A stretch of 64,000 bases of DNA from Gemmatimonadota bacterium. Lineage in GTDB: Bacteria; Gemmatimonadota; Gemmatimonadetes; Gemmatimonadales; Gemmatimonadaceae. How positions within the stretch are numbered: the stretch's first letter is position 1; every line of letters begins with the position of its first letter. The position numbers were made by a program, and so were the translations under genes. The notes under the pieces are model-generated. The model was not told where the DNA came from. It searched no databases and saw only the letters and a list, made by a program, of their open reading frames with translations. The stretch spans positions 351,492 to 415,491 of the forward strand of contig JAZJZK010000007.1 in the NCBI GenBank assembly GCA_040389905.1, in the 5' to 3' direction. Shown here piece after piece: positions 47,801 to 56,943 of this stretch.

Positions 47801-48363
47801 AGATCACCCGTCGTCTCCTCGAGGCGACGTTCGGTGGTGCGCCGGCGATCGCGGTAGAGCCCAACACCAGCTGCCTCCTCGAACAACTCGCGCCGGTCGT
47901 CCGCTCGGTCGGAGAGCAGGGCATCGATCATCCGGCTTTCGATGACGACTCCGGTACCCGAGCCGAGCCCGGTTCCGCGCAGCATATCTGAGATGTCGCG
48001 CAACCGGCACGGCGCCCGGTTGAGGAAATAGTCGCTCTCACCCGACCGCGACAACCGGCGCGTGATGACGACCTCTTTGAAGGGCACCGGCAGGAGTCCT
48101 TCGTCATTGGAAAAATGCAGCGAGACTTCCGCGACGTTGACCGCGCGGCGCGCCGACGAGCCTTGGAAGATGACTTCATCCATCTTGGCGCCACGCATCA
48201 ATCGCGCACGCTGCTCGCCGAGCACCCACCGCACTGCGTCGGACACATTCGACTTGCCGCAGCCATTTGGTCCGACGATCGCCGTGACCCCGGGCTCGAA
48301 GACGAGGTCGGTGGCATCCGCGAACGACTTGAATCCTTGCAACTCGAGCTTGGTCAACCGCAC
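44821..48363 (-). CDS. smc: Chromosome segregation protein SMC
   Basis: GFKSF, GPNGCGKSN, long coiled coils with hinge, LSSGE, LDEVDAPLD. Confidence 0.97.
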   Translation of the reverse strand: MRLTKLELQGFKSFADATDLVFEPGVTAIVGPNGCGKSNVSDAVRWVLGEQRARLMRGAKMDEVIFQGSSARRAVNVAEVSLHFSNDEGLLPVPFKEVVITRRLSRSGESDYFLNRAPCRLRDISDMLRGTGLGSGTGVVIESRMIDALLSDRADDRRELFEEAAGVGLYRDRRRTTERRLEETTGDLQRLDDLINEVSSQVRSLARQRRRAERHAEIMARRYTIELSVAARSMEAWREELVRLEVRVAELRELLPATEAGMAEAELARETAQDARAAAEAQRNELSRLVGAQREGVQRIRGEMAVAEERQRNATSRRQRAEAEATAGEETGTVIAAERELAAADLARVQEELAQADAELAQHQAAENEVRRLMGEARAAVDAAERRLREIQDRARRVEHERERALRELDEVTQRSDALALERAQLDDTHALAVRQQETSQAEAEMAQELATMALAELDDARVADRDTRERESLARAELFRADEALTTLQGRVNALEQLERDRVGLAPAASRLLQERESFGDGAILGPLSDFIGADQGSALLVEKFLGNSVHAVLVRDSAAADAVRAWHASTNPGPLLLLPLDAMTEESAGEPLPDALAHLVNAAAPARAWVRNLLGHVHSVDHGSAFVDARGAVWLPGTTAGPGPLRRRAELAELRSELEALDVARQVASEKADAMREALTMSESRVLEATEASSLAQQQARVAAEQNTELGRRVARAAKEAQDAAALAERLNARRFELAERQNALDLEAATIAEETSSREQAIADAREHAATSEHAQEEARERRTKWQVEQAQSRARVQMAVDRERRLTTEVATASQRLAQLRIELSELAQSDGALAEQMAAWTLDLETREATLTDGETNLSDAESAVRVANEMLAAAETGLSEVRRRATAVSDELHHAELRFTELSGRRTAIRERLETEWKRPLEEMIAEVPALDVDDETLKREADELRQQLEQLGPVNALAIEEHEETVKRHDFLAAQRTDLSDARTSLLQAIKEIDATARELFMATFEQVRINFREIFMSLFGGGECDLRLENRDAPLDCDIEIHASPRGKKTQRINLLSSGERALVALSLLFGIFLTKPSPFCLLDEVDAPLDDANVGRFVKMLNQFKGRTQFIVITHNPRTTTEAGDAVYGVTMQEPGVSKLVSVRMRGPSTEDENAQVAVETPAADEAAAIS

Positions 48364-49802
48364 TAGAACACTCTCCCCATTCGATATACCAGCGTCGGCG
48401 TGAGTCCTGCGCCGCGCACGGCGGCCGTAGCGAGCGCTGCTTGCTGCGGGCTCTCGTACGCGCCGAAGTAGATGTTGGCTATGAGGTCGGACTGACGCAG
48501 CGCATAGATCGGATCGCCCTGGCCCGCCAACCGCCTGAGTCGCGACGGAACATCCGCCACGGGAACGTCTGCCTGCACCAGAAAGGCAAAGGGTAACGAG
48601 GCGACACTCCCGGCATCAGGAGCGAGGACCTTTTGAGTGCGAAGCTGCACGAGCAGCGCCTCGGCGCTGGCGCGTGTTGGCTGCGCACCCGCTACAAGAA
48701 AATACCGACCTTGCGCGTCGACCGCGTATGTGGCTGCGGCGGCATTCAGAAAGCGTCCGCGAAGGCTCAGCAATGCGCCCGCTTTCGTGTTCGTCGCTTC
48801 CAGGCGCACGGCCCACGCCGCGGCGCCCGCGGAATCACGCGGATTCAGGACGACCAGCGGGGCATTGGCCGAATCGGGCACCGCAACGGCCGCATTCGCG
48901 CGCGCGATGCTGTCGCGCCTGGCGCTGTCCGCGCGCAACTTCATGCGAACCCGCTCCGCGGTACGCTCCGCCTCCAACTCGAGCGGCGATTTGCCACCAG
49001 GCAGACCGATCAGCCGTCCCACGGTCGAGAGAGGCCGGCCGGCAAGCCAGAGCCCGGCGAGAGAAAGCGAGAGGGTGAGAAGCACCCCCGCCGCGATTCC
49101 CGCGATCATGACATTTCGGCGTGTGCGAACTGACCGGGGGCGCGGAATCCGCACCGCCGCCAATGGCGCGTCCCCAGCCATGCTCATGCGCGGTGCTCGT
49201 ATCAACGTCGATGGTCGCGCGGGCGGCTCTTCCCTCGCCGCGGGCGCCTCCCGCACCGGCGTCGAGGCGCGCATCGGCTTCAACCAGGCCAGCGACTGCG
49301 CGACGGGAATCTCGGACGGCACCTTGTTCCCGACGATGACGAGGCCATCGGACGCATCGACCAGATCGCGTAGGCGCTCGGCAGTCACCGGCGCGACAAG
49401 AATCAGCAGGGCACCCACTTCACGGAAGCCCGTCATGAGTCGCTTCCAGCGCGGATTCCCGAATAGTTCCTCGTACTCGATGGGCGAAATACCGCTCGGC
49501 AGGATGAACAGCTCGCCGTCTTCCGGTACCGGATAGGCGATGCGGTTCAGCGACACCCCGAGGCTGAAGCTATCCGTGATGCCGTGCGCGTCGTCATCGT
49601 GAACAAGCGCCGTCAGGGGCGGCGCCTCGCCGAACAGGTCGCCCACCACGACACGCCGTCTCGACGACTGCGCACGCGCAACACCGAGCGCGACCTCCGC
49701 CGTTTCGGTCGAGTCTACCCCGACGATCACGACAGCATGACACGCGTCCAGGGTAGCGCCGAGCGCACGCCCTTGATCCGCCCAGGAGAGCGGAAGGTTC
49801 AC
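48363..49802 (-). CDS. Membrane-anchored protein with degenerate MinD/Wzc-like N-domain and SPOR-like C-terminal repeats
   Basis: RRVVVGDL...GITD...LFILPSG; single TM; W.V.L...A and YFGAYES..QA patterns. Confidence 0.55.
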   Translation of the reverse strand: MNLPLSWADQGRALGATLDACHAVVIVGVDSTETAEVALGVARAQSSRRRVVVGDLFGEAPPLTALVHDDDAHGITDSFSLGVSLNRIAYPVPEDGELFILPSGISPIEYEELFGNPRWKRLMTGFREVGALLILVAPVTAERLRDLVDASDGLVIVGNKVPSEIPVAQSLAWLKPMRASTPVREAPAAREEPPARPSTLIRAPRMSMAGDAPLAAVRIPRPRSVRTRRNVMIAGIAAGVLLTLSLSLAGLWLAGRPLSTVGRLIGLPGGKSPLELEAERTAERVRMKLRADSARRDSIARANAAVAVPDSANAPLVVLNPRDSAGAAAWAVRLEATNTKAGALLSLRGRFLNAAAATYAVDAQGRYFLVAGAQPTRASAEALLVQLRTQKVLAPDAGSVASLPFAFLVQADVPVADVPSRLRRLAGQGDPIYALRQSDLIANIYFGAYESPQQAALATAAVRGAGLTPTLVYRMGRVF

Positions 49803-51271
49803 GGACCTCCCTCGTAGACCCAGAACTGCTGCTTGGATTCGCGTCCGACGCGCTCCGCTTCCTCCCGCGTGGGGTAGGGACCCAGGACGACGCGGTAGAT
49901 CGTTGATCCATCTCGCACCGACGGGACGACGCGCGCCGCGTCATTCCCCACCTTGATCTGCGCTGCCAGATCGCGCGCCTTGTCCTGCGCAAGGAGCGCT
50001 GCGAACGAAACGGTGAATCCCGCCGGGTGACGTGGGGCGGTGTCCTTCGGTGCGGGAACGATCGGCACGACCGTTGACGACTCGGGGCGCGCGCGGCCGC
50101 CGTCTGCCGGAGAGGCAGCGCCGGAATCCGGATTCCCGAATTGTACCGGCTTGTCGAGCCGTGCATCGCGCGGCCGGAAACCCGTCCACCGAAATGCAAA
50201 CCAGAAATCCGCCGCGCCGCCCTTCACGCGCGATGTTTCGCGCAAGGTTTCGCCATCGACAAGCGCTACGTCGTCGCCATCGGCAAGCGCAATACCGCCG
50301 TCCGGGGCGACGAACGGAAGATCTTCCCGCCATGCCGACGCCACGGCACCAATGACCCGGTTCGTTCCGAGCGCGATGACGAGCACGCTGTCGGAACCCT
50401 CCGGGCGCGCCAAGAGATAACGGCCGAGGGGATCCACCCGCAGGTCGGCTGCGTGACGCGCGATATCGATGCTGCCGCCAATGGCCTCGCGGAAACGATC
50501 CACGATCTCGACCGTCGTCCCACTCTTGGTGACGACGAACAGCCGGTCGCCACTCGGCGTCGCCTCGAGCACCTCGATCTCGTCGTCGAAACGAATACTC
50601 GTAGCGCGCTGCATGGTGCGCGTGCGGACCCCGGTCAGCTCGCGACCTGACCCGAGGTACAGGCGGTCGGCAACCTGCGTGCGCAGCGTGCGATTGACGC
50701 GCGACAACACGACGGAATCCGCGATCTTCGACGCGGGGGGCCGCAGTCGCCAGATCACACTGCTGTCACCGTGTTGCGCAAGGATCAGCAACGTGGCGTC
50801 AGGCTGCGGAAACACCGCACGCGCTGGCAGACGCGGACGCCAGCGGAATGGGCCACTCGGTCCGTAGCGTTCGACGAATCCGTCCGACGCAATGCCGTAG
50901 ATGTTCGACCCATCCCACGAGGCGAGGCTGGCGAGCTTGGTCTTGGTGACATTGCCAGCCACACCCTGACGGAAGTCCAGCCGCGCCGGCGCACCCTTCG
51001 TGTCCACGTACGAGATGATCCCCGCCTCTTCGTCGAACGCCAGCACACGCTCGGGCGAAGGCGCTGCCGAGGCGCGCCAGACGACGGTATCGAGTTTGGG
51101 ATAGGAATAAACGCGGGCTTCTCCGCCGGTCTTGGCGATGCGAAGCACAAGATGGTCCGGACCGCGCGGCGTCGTGACGGACGCGGTCGAGTCGGGCGTT
51201 TTCGGCGCGGACTTATCGTCGCGTCCGCACGCCGAGAGCGCGAGCACCAGCGTGAGCAGCGTCCATCGCAT
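49799..51271 (-). CDS. Lipoprotein with beta-propeller-like body and C-terminal SPOR domain
   Basis: Lipobox LSAC; C-terminal FTVSFAAL...YRVVLGPYPTREEA. Confidence 0.8.
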   Translation of the reverse strand: MRWTLLTLVLALSACGRDDKSAPKTPDSTASVTTPRGPDHLVLRIAKTGGEARVYSYPKLDTVVWRASAAPSPERVLAFDEEAGIISYVDTKGAPARLDFRQGVAGNVTKTKLASLASWDGSNIYGIASDGFVERYGPSGPFRWRPRLPARAVFPQPDATLLILAQHGDSSVIWRLRPPASKIADSVVLSRVNRTLRTQVADRLYLGSGRELTGVRTRTMQRATSIRFDDEIEVLEATPSGDRLFVVTKSGTTVEIVDRFREAIGGSIDIARHAADLRVDPLGRYLLARPEGSDSVLVIALGTNRVIGAVASAWREDLPFVAPDGGIALADGDDVALVDGETLRETSRVKGGAADFWFAFRWTGFRPRDARLDKPVQFGNPDSGAASPADGGRARPESSTVVPIVPAPKDTAPRHPAGFTVSFAALLAQDKARDLAAQIKVGNDAARVVPSVRDGSTIYRVVLGPYPTREEAERVGRESKQQFWVYEGGP

Positions 51272-51323
51272 GGTCACGAAGATCCCTCGGCGGAACCGGT
51301 TGGAGTGGGTCGGCCTCTGCCCG

Positions 51324-51704
51324 TCAGCGCGTGGCGTCGGCCGTAATCGGTACGACCTTCGCATCCGCCCAGAGCCGCTCGATCTGATAGAAGTTGCGCA
51401 GCGTGGGATGAAATACGTGCACCACGAAATCCACATAATCCAGCAACACCCACCGGCCCTGGGACAAGCCCTCCGCATGGTGCGCCATCTGGCCGGTTTC
51501 CTTCTTCAAATCCTCCATCACCGAATTGCCCAGCGCGCGAACGTGCGTATCCGACGTGCCGCTTGCGATGAGGAAGTAGTCGGTCATATCCGACACGCCC
51601 TCGAGGCTCAGCAGGACGACGTCATTCGCCTTGCGGTCGAGGAGAATGGCGGCGGCCCTCTGCGCAAGCTCGGCAACCTGGGATTTTTCGGCGATTCGGG
51701 ACAT
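51324..51704 (-). CDS. rsfS: Ribosome silencing factor
   Basis: DRKA.DV; TDYFLIASGTS..HV; WVLLDY.D.VVHVF; R.FY.IERLW. Confidence 0.95.
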   Translation of the reverse strand: MSRIAEKSQVAELAQRAAAILLDRKANDVVLLSLEGVSDMTDYFLIASGTSDTHVRALGNSVMEDLKKETGQMAHHAEGLSQGRWVLLDYVDFVVHVFHPTLRNFYQIERLWADAKVVPITADATR

Positions 51705-51725
51705 TCAACGAACTCGGCTGGTGAA

Positions 51726-51992
51726 AACAAACTTACGTACTCGGTACTCAGTACAACCACCAACGTACGAGGTACCCGGAACTGGGTACCCTGACTGGCA
51801 TCCAACCCAAGAGGAGCCATCGATCCAGGAGTCGCGGATAAGTGCACCTTCAAACGCAAAACGCGGTGAAGCGAAGCGACACCCGGCTTTCGATGGCTCT
51901 TCTTGGCCTCAATGCAAGTCCGCGTACGTGGTACAGGGTACGTCGTACGTCAGTCCCGCGGTCTGGGCTTCGTACGTGGTACCCCGTACGTC
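51726..51992. repeat. MITE-like long inverted repeat, copy 2 (GTAC heptad family)
   Basis: ACGTACGAGGTACCCGGAAC..GTACCC.GACTGGCATC.AACCCAAGAGGAGCCATCGA nearly identical to the sequence from 29660; right arm GATGGCTCTTCTTGGCC. Confidence 0.85.
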
Positions 51993-51997
51993 GGTAA

Positions 51998-52441
51998 TTA
52001 CTGCTTGATCACCCAGACCCTGATTTCCGGCTTCACATCGGCATGGAGCTTCACCGGGACGCGGTATACGCCCAACGCCTTGATCGGATCGTGCAGGTCG
52101 ATCAGTCGCTTCTCGATATTGAAGCCCTGCGCGGCGAGCTGTTCCGCGATATCGGCCGACGTCACCGAGCCGAACAACTTGCCTTCCTCGCCGACGCGCG
52201 CCGAGAAGGTCAGCTGGACCTCCTCGAGCCGCTTCGCGAGCGTTGCCGCACTGTCGCGGCGCTCGTTTTCGGCTGCCTCGAGCCGCGACCGCTCCGCAGC
52301 GATGCGCTTGAGGTTGCCAGGTGTCGCTTCGTACGCGTAGCCGCGTGGAAGCAGGAAATTGCGAGCATAGCCGTTCTTGACGGTCACGACGTCCCCCGGA
52401 TGTCCGAGGCTCTCGACCGCTTGCCGAAGAATGATTTCCAT
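51998..52441 (-). CDS. rplI: 50S ribosomal protein L9
   Basis: LG..GDVV.VK.GYARNFLLP; GKLFGSVT. Confidence 0.97.
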   Translation of the reverse strand: MEIILRQAVESLGHPGDVVTVKNGYARNFLLPRGYAYEATPGNLKRIAAERSRLEAAENERRDSAATLAKRLEEVQLTFSARVGEEGKLFGSVTSADIAEQLAAQGFNIEKRLIDLHDPIKALGVYRVPVKLHADVKPEIRVWVIKQ

Positions 52442-52456
52442 GAGTAGAACCTCAGA

Positions 52457-53497
52457 TTACGTGGTAGGGCGCGCACGACGGCGCCAATCGGCCCAGGTGT
52501 CTCCCAACCCAAGCCCGAACGCGGCAAGTGCAAGGAGAATGAAGCCGAGCACGGCAATCGTGCTCAACACAGGCCAGAACAACATGGCGAACCCGACGAG
52601 CAGCAGGATGGCGAGCGCACCTGGAGCCATGAACCAGGAAAGCACTCCGAACCCGCGAACTGCGTAAAGCGCGCCGAAAAAGACGAGCAGGTTGCGACCC
52701 GCGCCACCAAGGAAGCCGAGAGCTGGCACGAACACGATTGCCAGACCCACGATCAGACCCCAGACGAGCTGGTCGTTGAACCGAAATTCCTTCAACAAGC
52801 CCAGCGGCGTGCCGAGGCGCGTCCGCGAGAGCCGGTGGTACGTCGCCCACGCCAGGGCCAGCGCAATGAGCGATTCGAGAATCAGCAGGGAAGGAAACAA
52901 CCCCGTCCCCGTTTGGGCGAACAATCGAAGCTGCTGCTCGAACTCGTCTTGCAGCGGCCCCATTTGTGGTAACGCTTCGATGATGTCCGGATGCTCCTTC
53001 ACGAAGGCCCGGAACATCGTCATCGACTCCGTATTGCGGCGAGCGAACTCCACTGTCAAAGCCTCGCGAGCGCGCGTCGGTGTGAGCGGACCATTCAGGC
53101 TCAAGCCGAGCACGAGCACGAGCGACAACGACAGCGTGACCAACGCACGAGAGAAGAACGGCTTCTGGCCTCCAAACAGGCACACCAGGCCGAATCCTCC
53201 CGCCAGCAACAGACTCCAACCGCGCACGAGATTGTAAAACGATCCGGGCACGGTGGGCTGTACGAGCACGAACGCCGCCAGCCCGACCCACATGAGTGCG
53301 AGTACCAGCCGTCCACCCGCCCACCATCCAACGAGGCAACACGCCGCGAGCGCGGGGAGGAGGAGCAACAGCGTCTCCTCGACCGGTAGCAGCGCGCGCA
53401 ACGGTGGCATCCATGGGATGAAGAGAAACGCCGCGAGCGCGAGGAGGAGCTTGCCCCACCCGCGCTCTGCCGGCGCCGGTTGAACGGCGTCCTGCAT
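52457..53497 (-). CDS. DUF2232/YybS-like membrane protein
   Basis: Multi-TM; LG..DTW.D.R C-terminus; lies between rpsR and rplI. Confidence 0.8.
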   Translation of the reverse strand: MQDAVQPAPAERGWGKLLLALAAFLFIPWMPPLRALLPVEETLLLLLPALAACCLVGWWAGGRLVLALMWVGLAAFVLVQPTVPGSFYNLVRGWSLLLAGGFGLVCLFGGQKPFFSRALVTLSLSLVLVLGLSLNGPLTPTRAREALTVEFARRNTESMTMFRAFVKEHPDIIEALPQMGPLQDEFEQQLRLFAQTGTGLFPSLLILESLIALALAWATYHRLSRTRLGTPLGLLKEFRFNDQLVWGLIVGLAIVFVPALGFLGGAGRNLLVFFGALYAVRGFGVLSWFMAPGALAILLLVGFAMLFWPVLSTIAVLGFILLALAAFGLGLGDTWADWRRRARPTT

Positions 53498-53499
53498 CG

Positions 53500-53721
53500 T
53501 TATCCCTGCAAACCCCGCGTGTACGGCAGCAGCGCCAGATAGCGCGCGCGCTTGATCGCGGTGCTCAGCTGACGCTGATGGCGCGCGCACACGCCGCTCA
53601 GGCGGCTGGGCAGGATCTTCCCATGATCGGTGATGAACCGGCCGAGCGTGCGCTCGTCCTTGTAGTCGACGAAACGAACGCGCGTTTCGCAGAACGGGCA
53701 AGCCTTCGATGGTCTGCGCAT
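53500..53721 (-). CDS. rpsR: 30S ribosomal protein S18
   Basis: CPFC; VDYKD; GKILP.R; AIKRAR.LALLPY. Confidence 0.97.
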   Translation of the reverse strand: MRRPSKACPFCETRVRFVDYKDERTLGRFITDHGKILPSRLSGVCARHQRQLSTAIKRARYLALLPYTRGLQG

Positions 53722-53724
53722 GGT

Positions 53725-54090
53725 CTACTCCTCGTCGTCGTCGTCGTCTTCGCCACGCTTCTTCGCGAGGGCGAGCTCTTCTTCCGTCATCGGCGGTGCA
53801 CCGACTTCGTTCTCGAAGATGGTGAGCAGATGGCGAATGACACCCTCGTCGAGCTTGAGCGCGCGCTCGTACTCGGGGATGCCCTGCGACTCGGCTTCGA
53901 ACCGCGCGATGACATAGTAGCCATTCTCGCGTGAACCGATGGGGTACGCCAGCTGGCGGCGGCCCCAGTGATCGACCTTCATTTCCCCGGACGTGCCGAG
54001 GAGTTGGTGGAAGCGGTCAAGCTTCTCGGTGACGGCGCTATCTTCGAGCGTGGAGTCGAAGATATAGACCGCCTCGTATGGACGTGGCAT
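53725..54090 (-). CDS. rpsF: 30S ribosomal protein S6
   Basis: YE..YI; WGRRQLAYPI; acidic tail. Confidence 0.95.
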   Translation of the reverse strand: MPRPYEAVYIFDSTLEDSAVTEKLDRFHQLLGTSGEMKVDHWGRRQLAYPIGSRENGYYVIARFEAESQGIPEYERALKLDEGVIRHLLTIFENEVGAPPMTEEELALAKKRGEDDDDDEE

Positions 54091-54099
54091 GTCCTGGCA

Positions 54100-54155
54100 A
54101 TCCTCCCTTTGGACGTATCCGCCCCCCGCTGGTTGCCGAAGCAGGGGGAGGGTGA
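54100..54155 (-). promoter_or_regulatory. Probable S6:S18-binding rpsF leader RNA
   Basis: mRNA sense CCTCCC...inner hairpin...GT-CCA-AA-GGGAGG: an anti-SD pairing with the SD, with a CCR just before it. Confidence 0.6.
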
Positions 54156-54337
54156 GTTTTCGCGCCGCTCGTGCGGCACTGCTGCGGTATGACAGCCCCT
54201 AAAGATAAGCGCCGCAACGCCTTTTGGAAGGGTTTCCCGCCCATCCTTAAGGAAATCTAGGGTCGCCCCACCACGCTCGCAGAACGACGTGTACACTGTT
54301 CGCGTAGTAGTAGCACGACGCCGGTTCTTCCCGATTC

Positions 54338-56368
54338 ATGAACGCCGCCCCTCACATCCTCGACTTTCCAACGCCCGCCGGGACCCAGCCTGCCGCGCTC
54401 CCCTTCGCGGTGTTCGTCGTCGATCCCACGGGTCGGATCGCGAGCTGGAGCCTGGCGGCCGCGCGCGCAACCGGATACACGGCGGCAGAGGTCGCGGGTG
54501 CGGAGCTCGCCATTCTCTTCCTGCCCGATGCCCGCGTCGCCGGACACCCCTTCACTGACCTCGCCCGTGCAGCGCGCAGTGGCGTCAGCGAATACCGCGG
54601 ATGGCTCCTGCGAAAAGATTCGCAGCGAACGTGGTCCCAGATTGTACTCACCGCCCTTCGCGACGCCCGGGGGATGATCGTTTCCTTCGTGGTCCATGTC
54701 AGCGATCTCACCGAGGCGCGCGCGGAAGAGGAGCGCGTGCTGTCGCGCGCCGACCAGCTGTCGGCCCTGGACCGAACACGCAGGGAGGTGGAATCAAGTC
54801 TCAGTCTCGCGCAGCTTCTCCCCAAGATTGCCGCAAGGGCACGTGAGCTCACGGGCGCGGAGGCCGCGATCATCGAGTTGCGCGAAGGGATGGGAGAGCG
54901 GGCACGGGCGTTCGACGGGCGCGCGGACCTCGACATCGAGCTTGGTGCCGTCCTCATGCCGCACGAAGAGATGCCGGGACCGACGCCGCGCTGCCTCATC
55001 TACGATAGTCATCACGAGTCTCCGGAGATCCTCGGCGACGTGTGCGATCGGTCAGGAGTGGGTTCCATGCTGGCCATTCCGATCGTTCATGACCGAAATG
55101 GAGTGGGATGGCTCGCGGTCATGTCGCGCTCGCCGCACGCATTCGAAGAAGAAGCAGCGGCAAGCCTGGAACTCATGTCGACGCTGCTGGGTGCGCCCAT
55201 CGTTCAGGCACAAGCATCGGAGGTGCGCCGCGACCTCGTCATGGAGCGGTCTCGCGCACAGGAGGCGCACCGGGAAAGTGAAGCGCGCTTTCGCGCGGCG
55301 ATGGACGCGTCGCTGGATGCCTTCTTCATCCTGGGCGCCTATCGTGACGCCGGCGCGCTCGTCGACTTCACCGTGCTCGACGCGAACCGGAAAGCGGAAG
55401 AACTCTGCGGACTCGGCCACGGTGCCTTCTGGGGCCAGCGCCTCAGCGCTCTTCCGTCGGCGGGTGCCCAGATCGCACCACTCGCGACACTCGCGACGGT
55501 CGTTCGGACAGGCAGGGCGCTGGAGCAGGAGCGGCAGACGACCGATACCATGGGGCGCGCCCAATGGGTGCAGGAGCAAATCGTTCCACTGGGTGATGGC
55601 GTCACCGTAACGGTTCGCGACGTGACCGCGCGCGTGCTGGCCGATACCGAGGTGCGGCGCGCGCGCGAAGCGGCGGAGACCGCGAACCGCGCGAAGACGG
55701 ACTTCGTCGCGCGCATGAGCCACGAACTGCGCACGCCGCTCAACTCGGTCATCGGGTTCGCGAACGTGTTGTTGCGCAACCGACGCAGCACATTTGACGA
55801 CACGGAGCTCGACTATCTCACGCGCGTGTCAGCGGCCGGTACCCATCTGCTCGGCCTCGTGAACGACGTCCTCGATATCGCCAAGATCGAAGCGGGACAC
55901 CTGACGCTGGAGATCGCGCCAGTCGACGTGGTCGCGCTCGTTGACTCCGTCATCACGCAGATGGACACGCTTGCGGTGGCGGGTGGGCTCACGCTTCGGC
56001 TGGAGACGACAGGCGAACCGATGATCGTTCAGGCCGATGCCGGGCGGCTGCGACAGGTGTTGATCAATCTCGTCGGCAATGCCATCAAGTTCACGCCGGC
56101 CGGCAGCGTGACGGTCCGTCTCCTCGGCGAGGATGCGACAACGGGTCCGAGTATCGAAATCTCGGACACCGGCATCGGAATTCCCGCCGACCGCCTCGGC
56201 GCGGTGTTCGACGCTTTCGAGCAGGCGGAGTCATCCACCTCGCGCCGCTACGGCGGAACGGGGCTGGGCCTCGCGATCTCGCGCGCACTCTGTGACGCGA
56301 TGGGCCTCACACTGACCGTCGATAGCGCGCTGGGCAACGGCGCGACCTTTCGCATCGGGTTGCGCTAA
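54338..56368 (+). CDS. Cytoplasmic PAS-GAF-PAS histidine kinase
   Basis: PAS (D..GRI.SW...A...TGY), GAF, MSHELRTPLN, NLVGNAIKFT, DTGIGI, GGTGLGL. Confidence 0.93.
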   Translation: MNAAPHILDFPTPAGTQPAALPFAVFVVDPTGRIASWSLAAARATGYTAAEVAGAELAILFLPDARVAGHPFTDLARAARSGVSEYRGWLLRKDSQRTWSQIVLTALRDARGMIVSFVVHVSDLTEARAEEERVLSRADQLSALDRTRREVESSLSLAQLLPKIAARARELTGAEAAIIELREGMGERARAFDGRADLDIELGAVLMPHEEMPGPTPRCLIYDSHHESPEILGDVCDRSGVGSMLAIPIVHDRNGVGWLAVMSRSPHAFEEEAAASLELMSTLLGAPIVQAQASEVRRDLVMERSRAQEAHRESEARFRAAMDASLDAFFILGAYRDAGALVDFTVLDANRKAEELCGLGHGAFWGQRLSALPSAGAQIAPLATLATVVRTGRALEQERQTTDTMGRAQWVQEQIVPLGDGVTVTVRDVTARVLADTEVRRAREAAETANRAKTDFVARMSHELRTPLNSVIGFANVLLRNRRSTFDDTELDYLTRVSAAGTHLLGLVNDVLDIAKIEAGHLTLEIAPVDVVALVDSVITQMDTLAVAGGLTLRLETTGEPMIVQADAGRLRQVLINLVGNAIKFTPAGSVTVRLLGEDATTGPSIEISDTGIGIPADRLGAVFDAFEQAESSTSRRYGGTGLGLAISRALCDAMGLTLTVDSALGNGATFRIGLR

Positions 56369-56808
56369 GCGGTTTTCGCGCGGGGCGGAAGGATTCGGAC
56401 GATCGTCTCGAGCAGGAATCGCACGGCGATTGGCTTGGCGAGAAAGACATCGCAGTCCGACTTGAACTGTGTCCACGTCTCTGCCGGCATGAACTGTCCG
56501 CTCATGATGATGATCGGGATATCCCGTGTGGCGGCGTCGGTCTTGAGCGCGTGTGCGACATGCCATCCGTCCAGGCCCGGCAGGCCCACATCCATGAGGA
56601 TGAGCGCCGGTCTTTCGGCGCGCGCCACGCGAAGCGCCTCGACGCCGTCATCGATTCCGAGCACAAAATACCCGGCGGAGATGAGGATACGCGTGTAGAG
56701 CGAGCGTTGGGTCAGATCGTCTTCAGCCAGCAGTATGACGGGGTCGCGCGCGTCCATATTCAGGTGCTCGTGATCATGCATCGTGGAATCGTCTCCTCGA
56801 TCGAACAT
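56365..56808 (-). CDS. Single-domain response regulator
   Basis: AEDD, LMDVGLP..DG, KP. Confidence 0.88.
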   Translation of the reverse strand: MFDRGDDSTMHDHEHLNMDARDPVILLAEDDLTQRSLYTRILISAGYFVLGIDDGVEALRVARAERPALILMDVGLPGLDGWHVAHALKTDAATRDIPIIIMSGQFMPAETWTQFKSDCDVFLAKPIAVRFLLETIVRILPPRAKTA

Positions 56809-56943
56809 GCGCCATTCTTACGTCGAGTGCCGAGGGAGCGTTGCGCGGCAACGTTCGGGTCGACGGTAGCTGGCAGGCGAGAGATGAAAAACGTAGGTTC
56901 GTCGCTCGCGTAATGGGAGTGGCATGGATCACATATCGATAAA

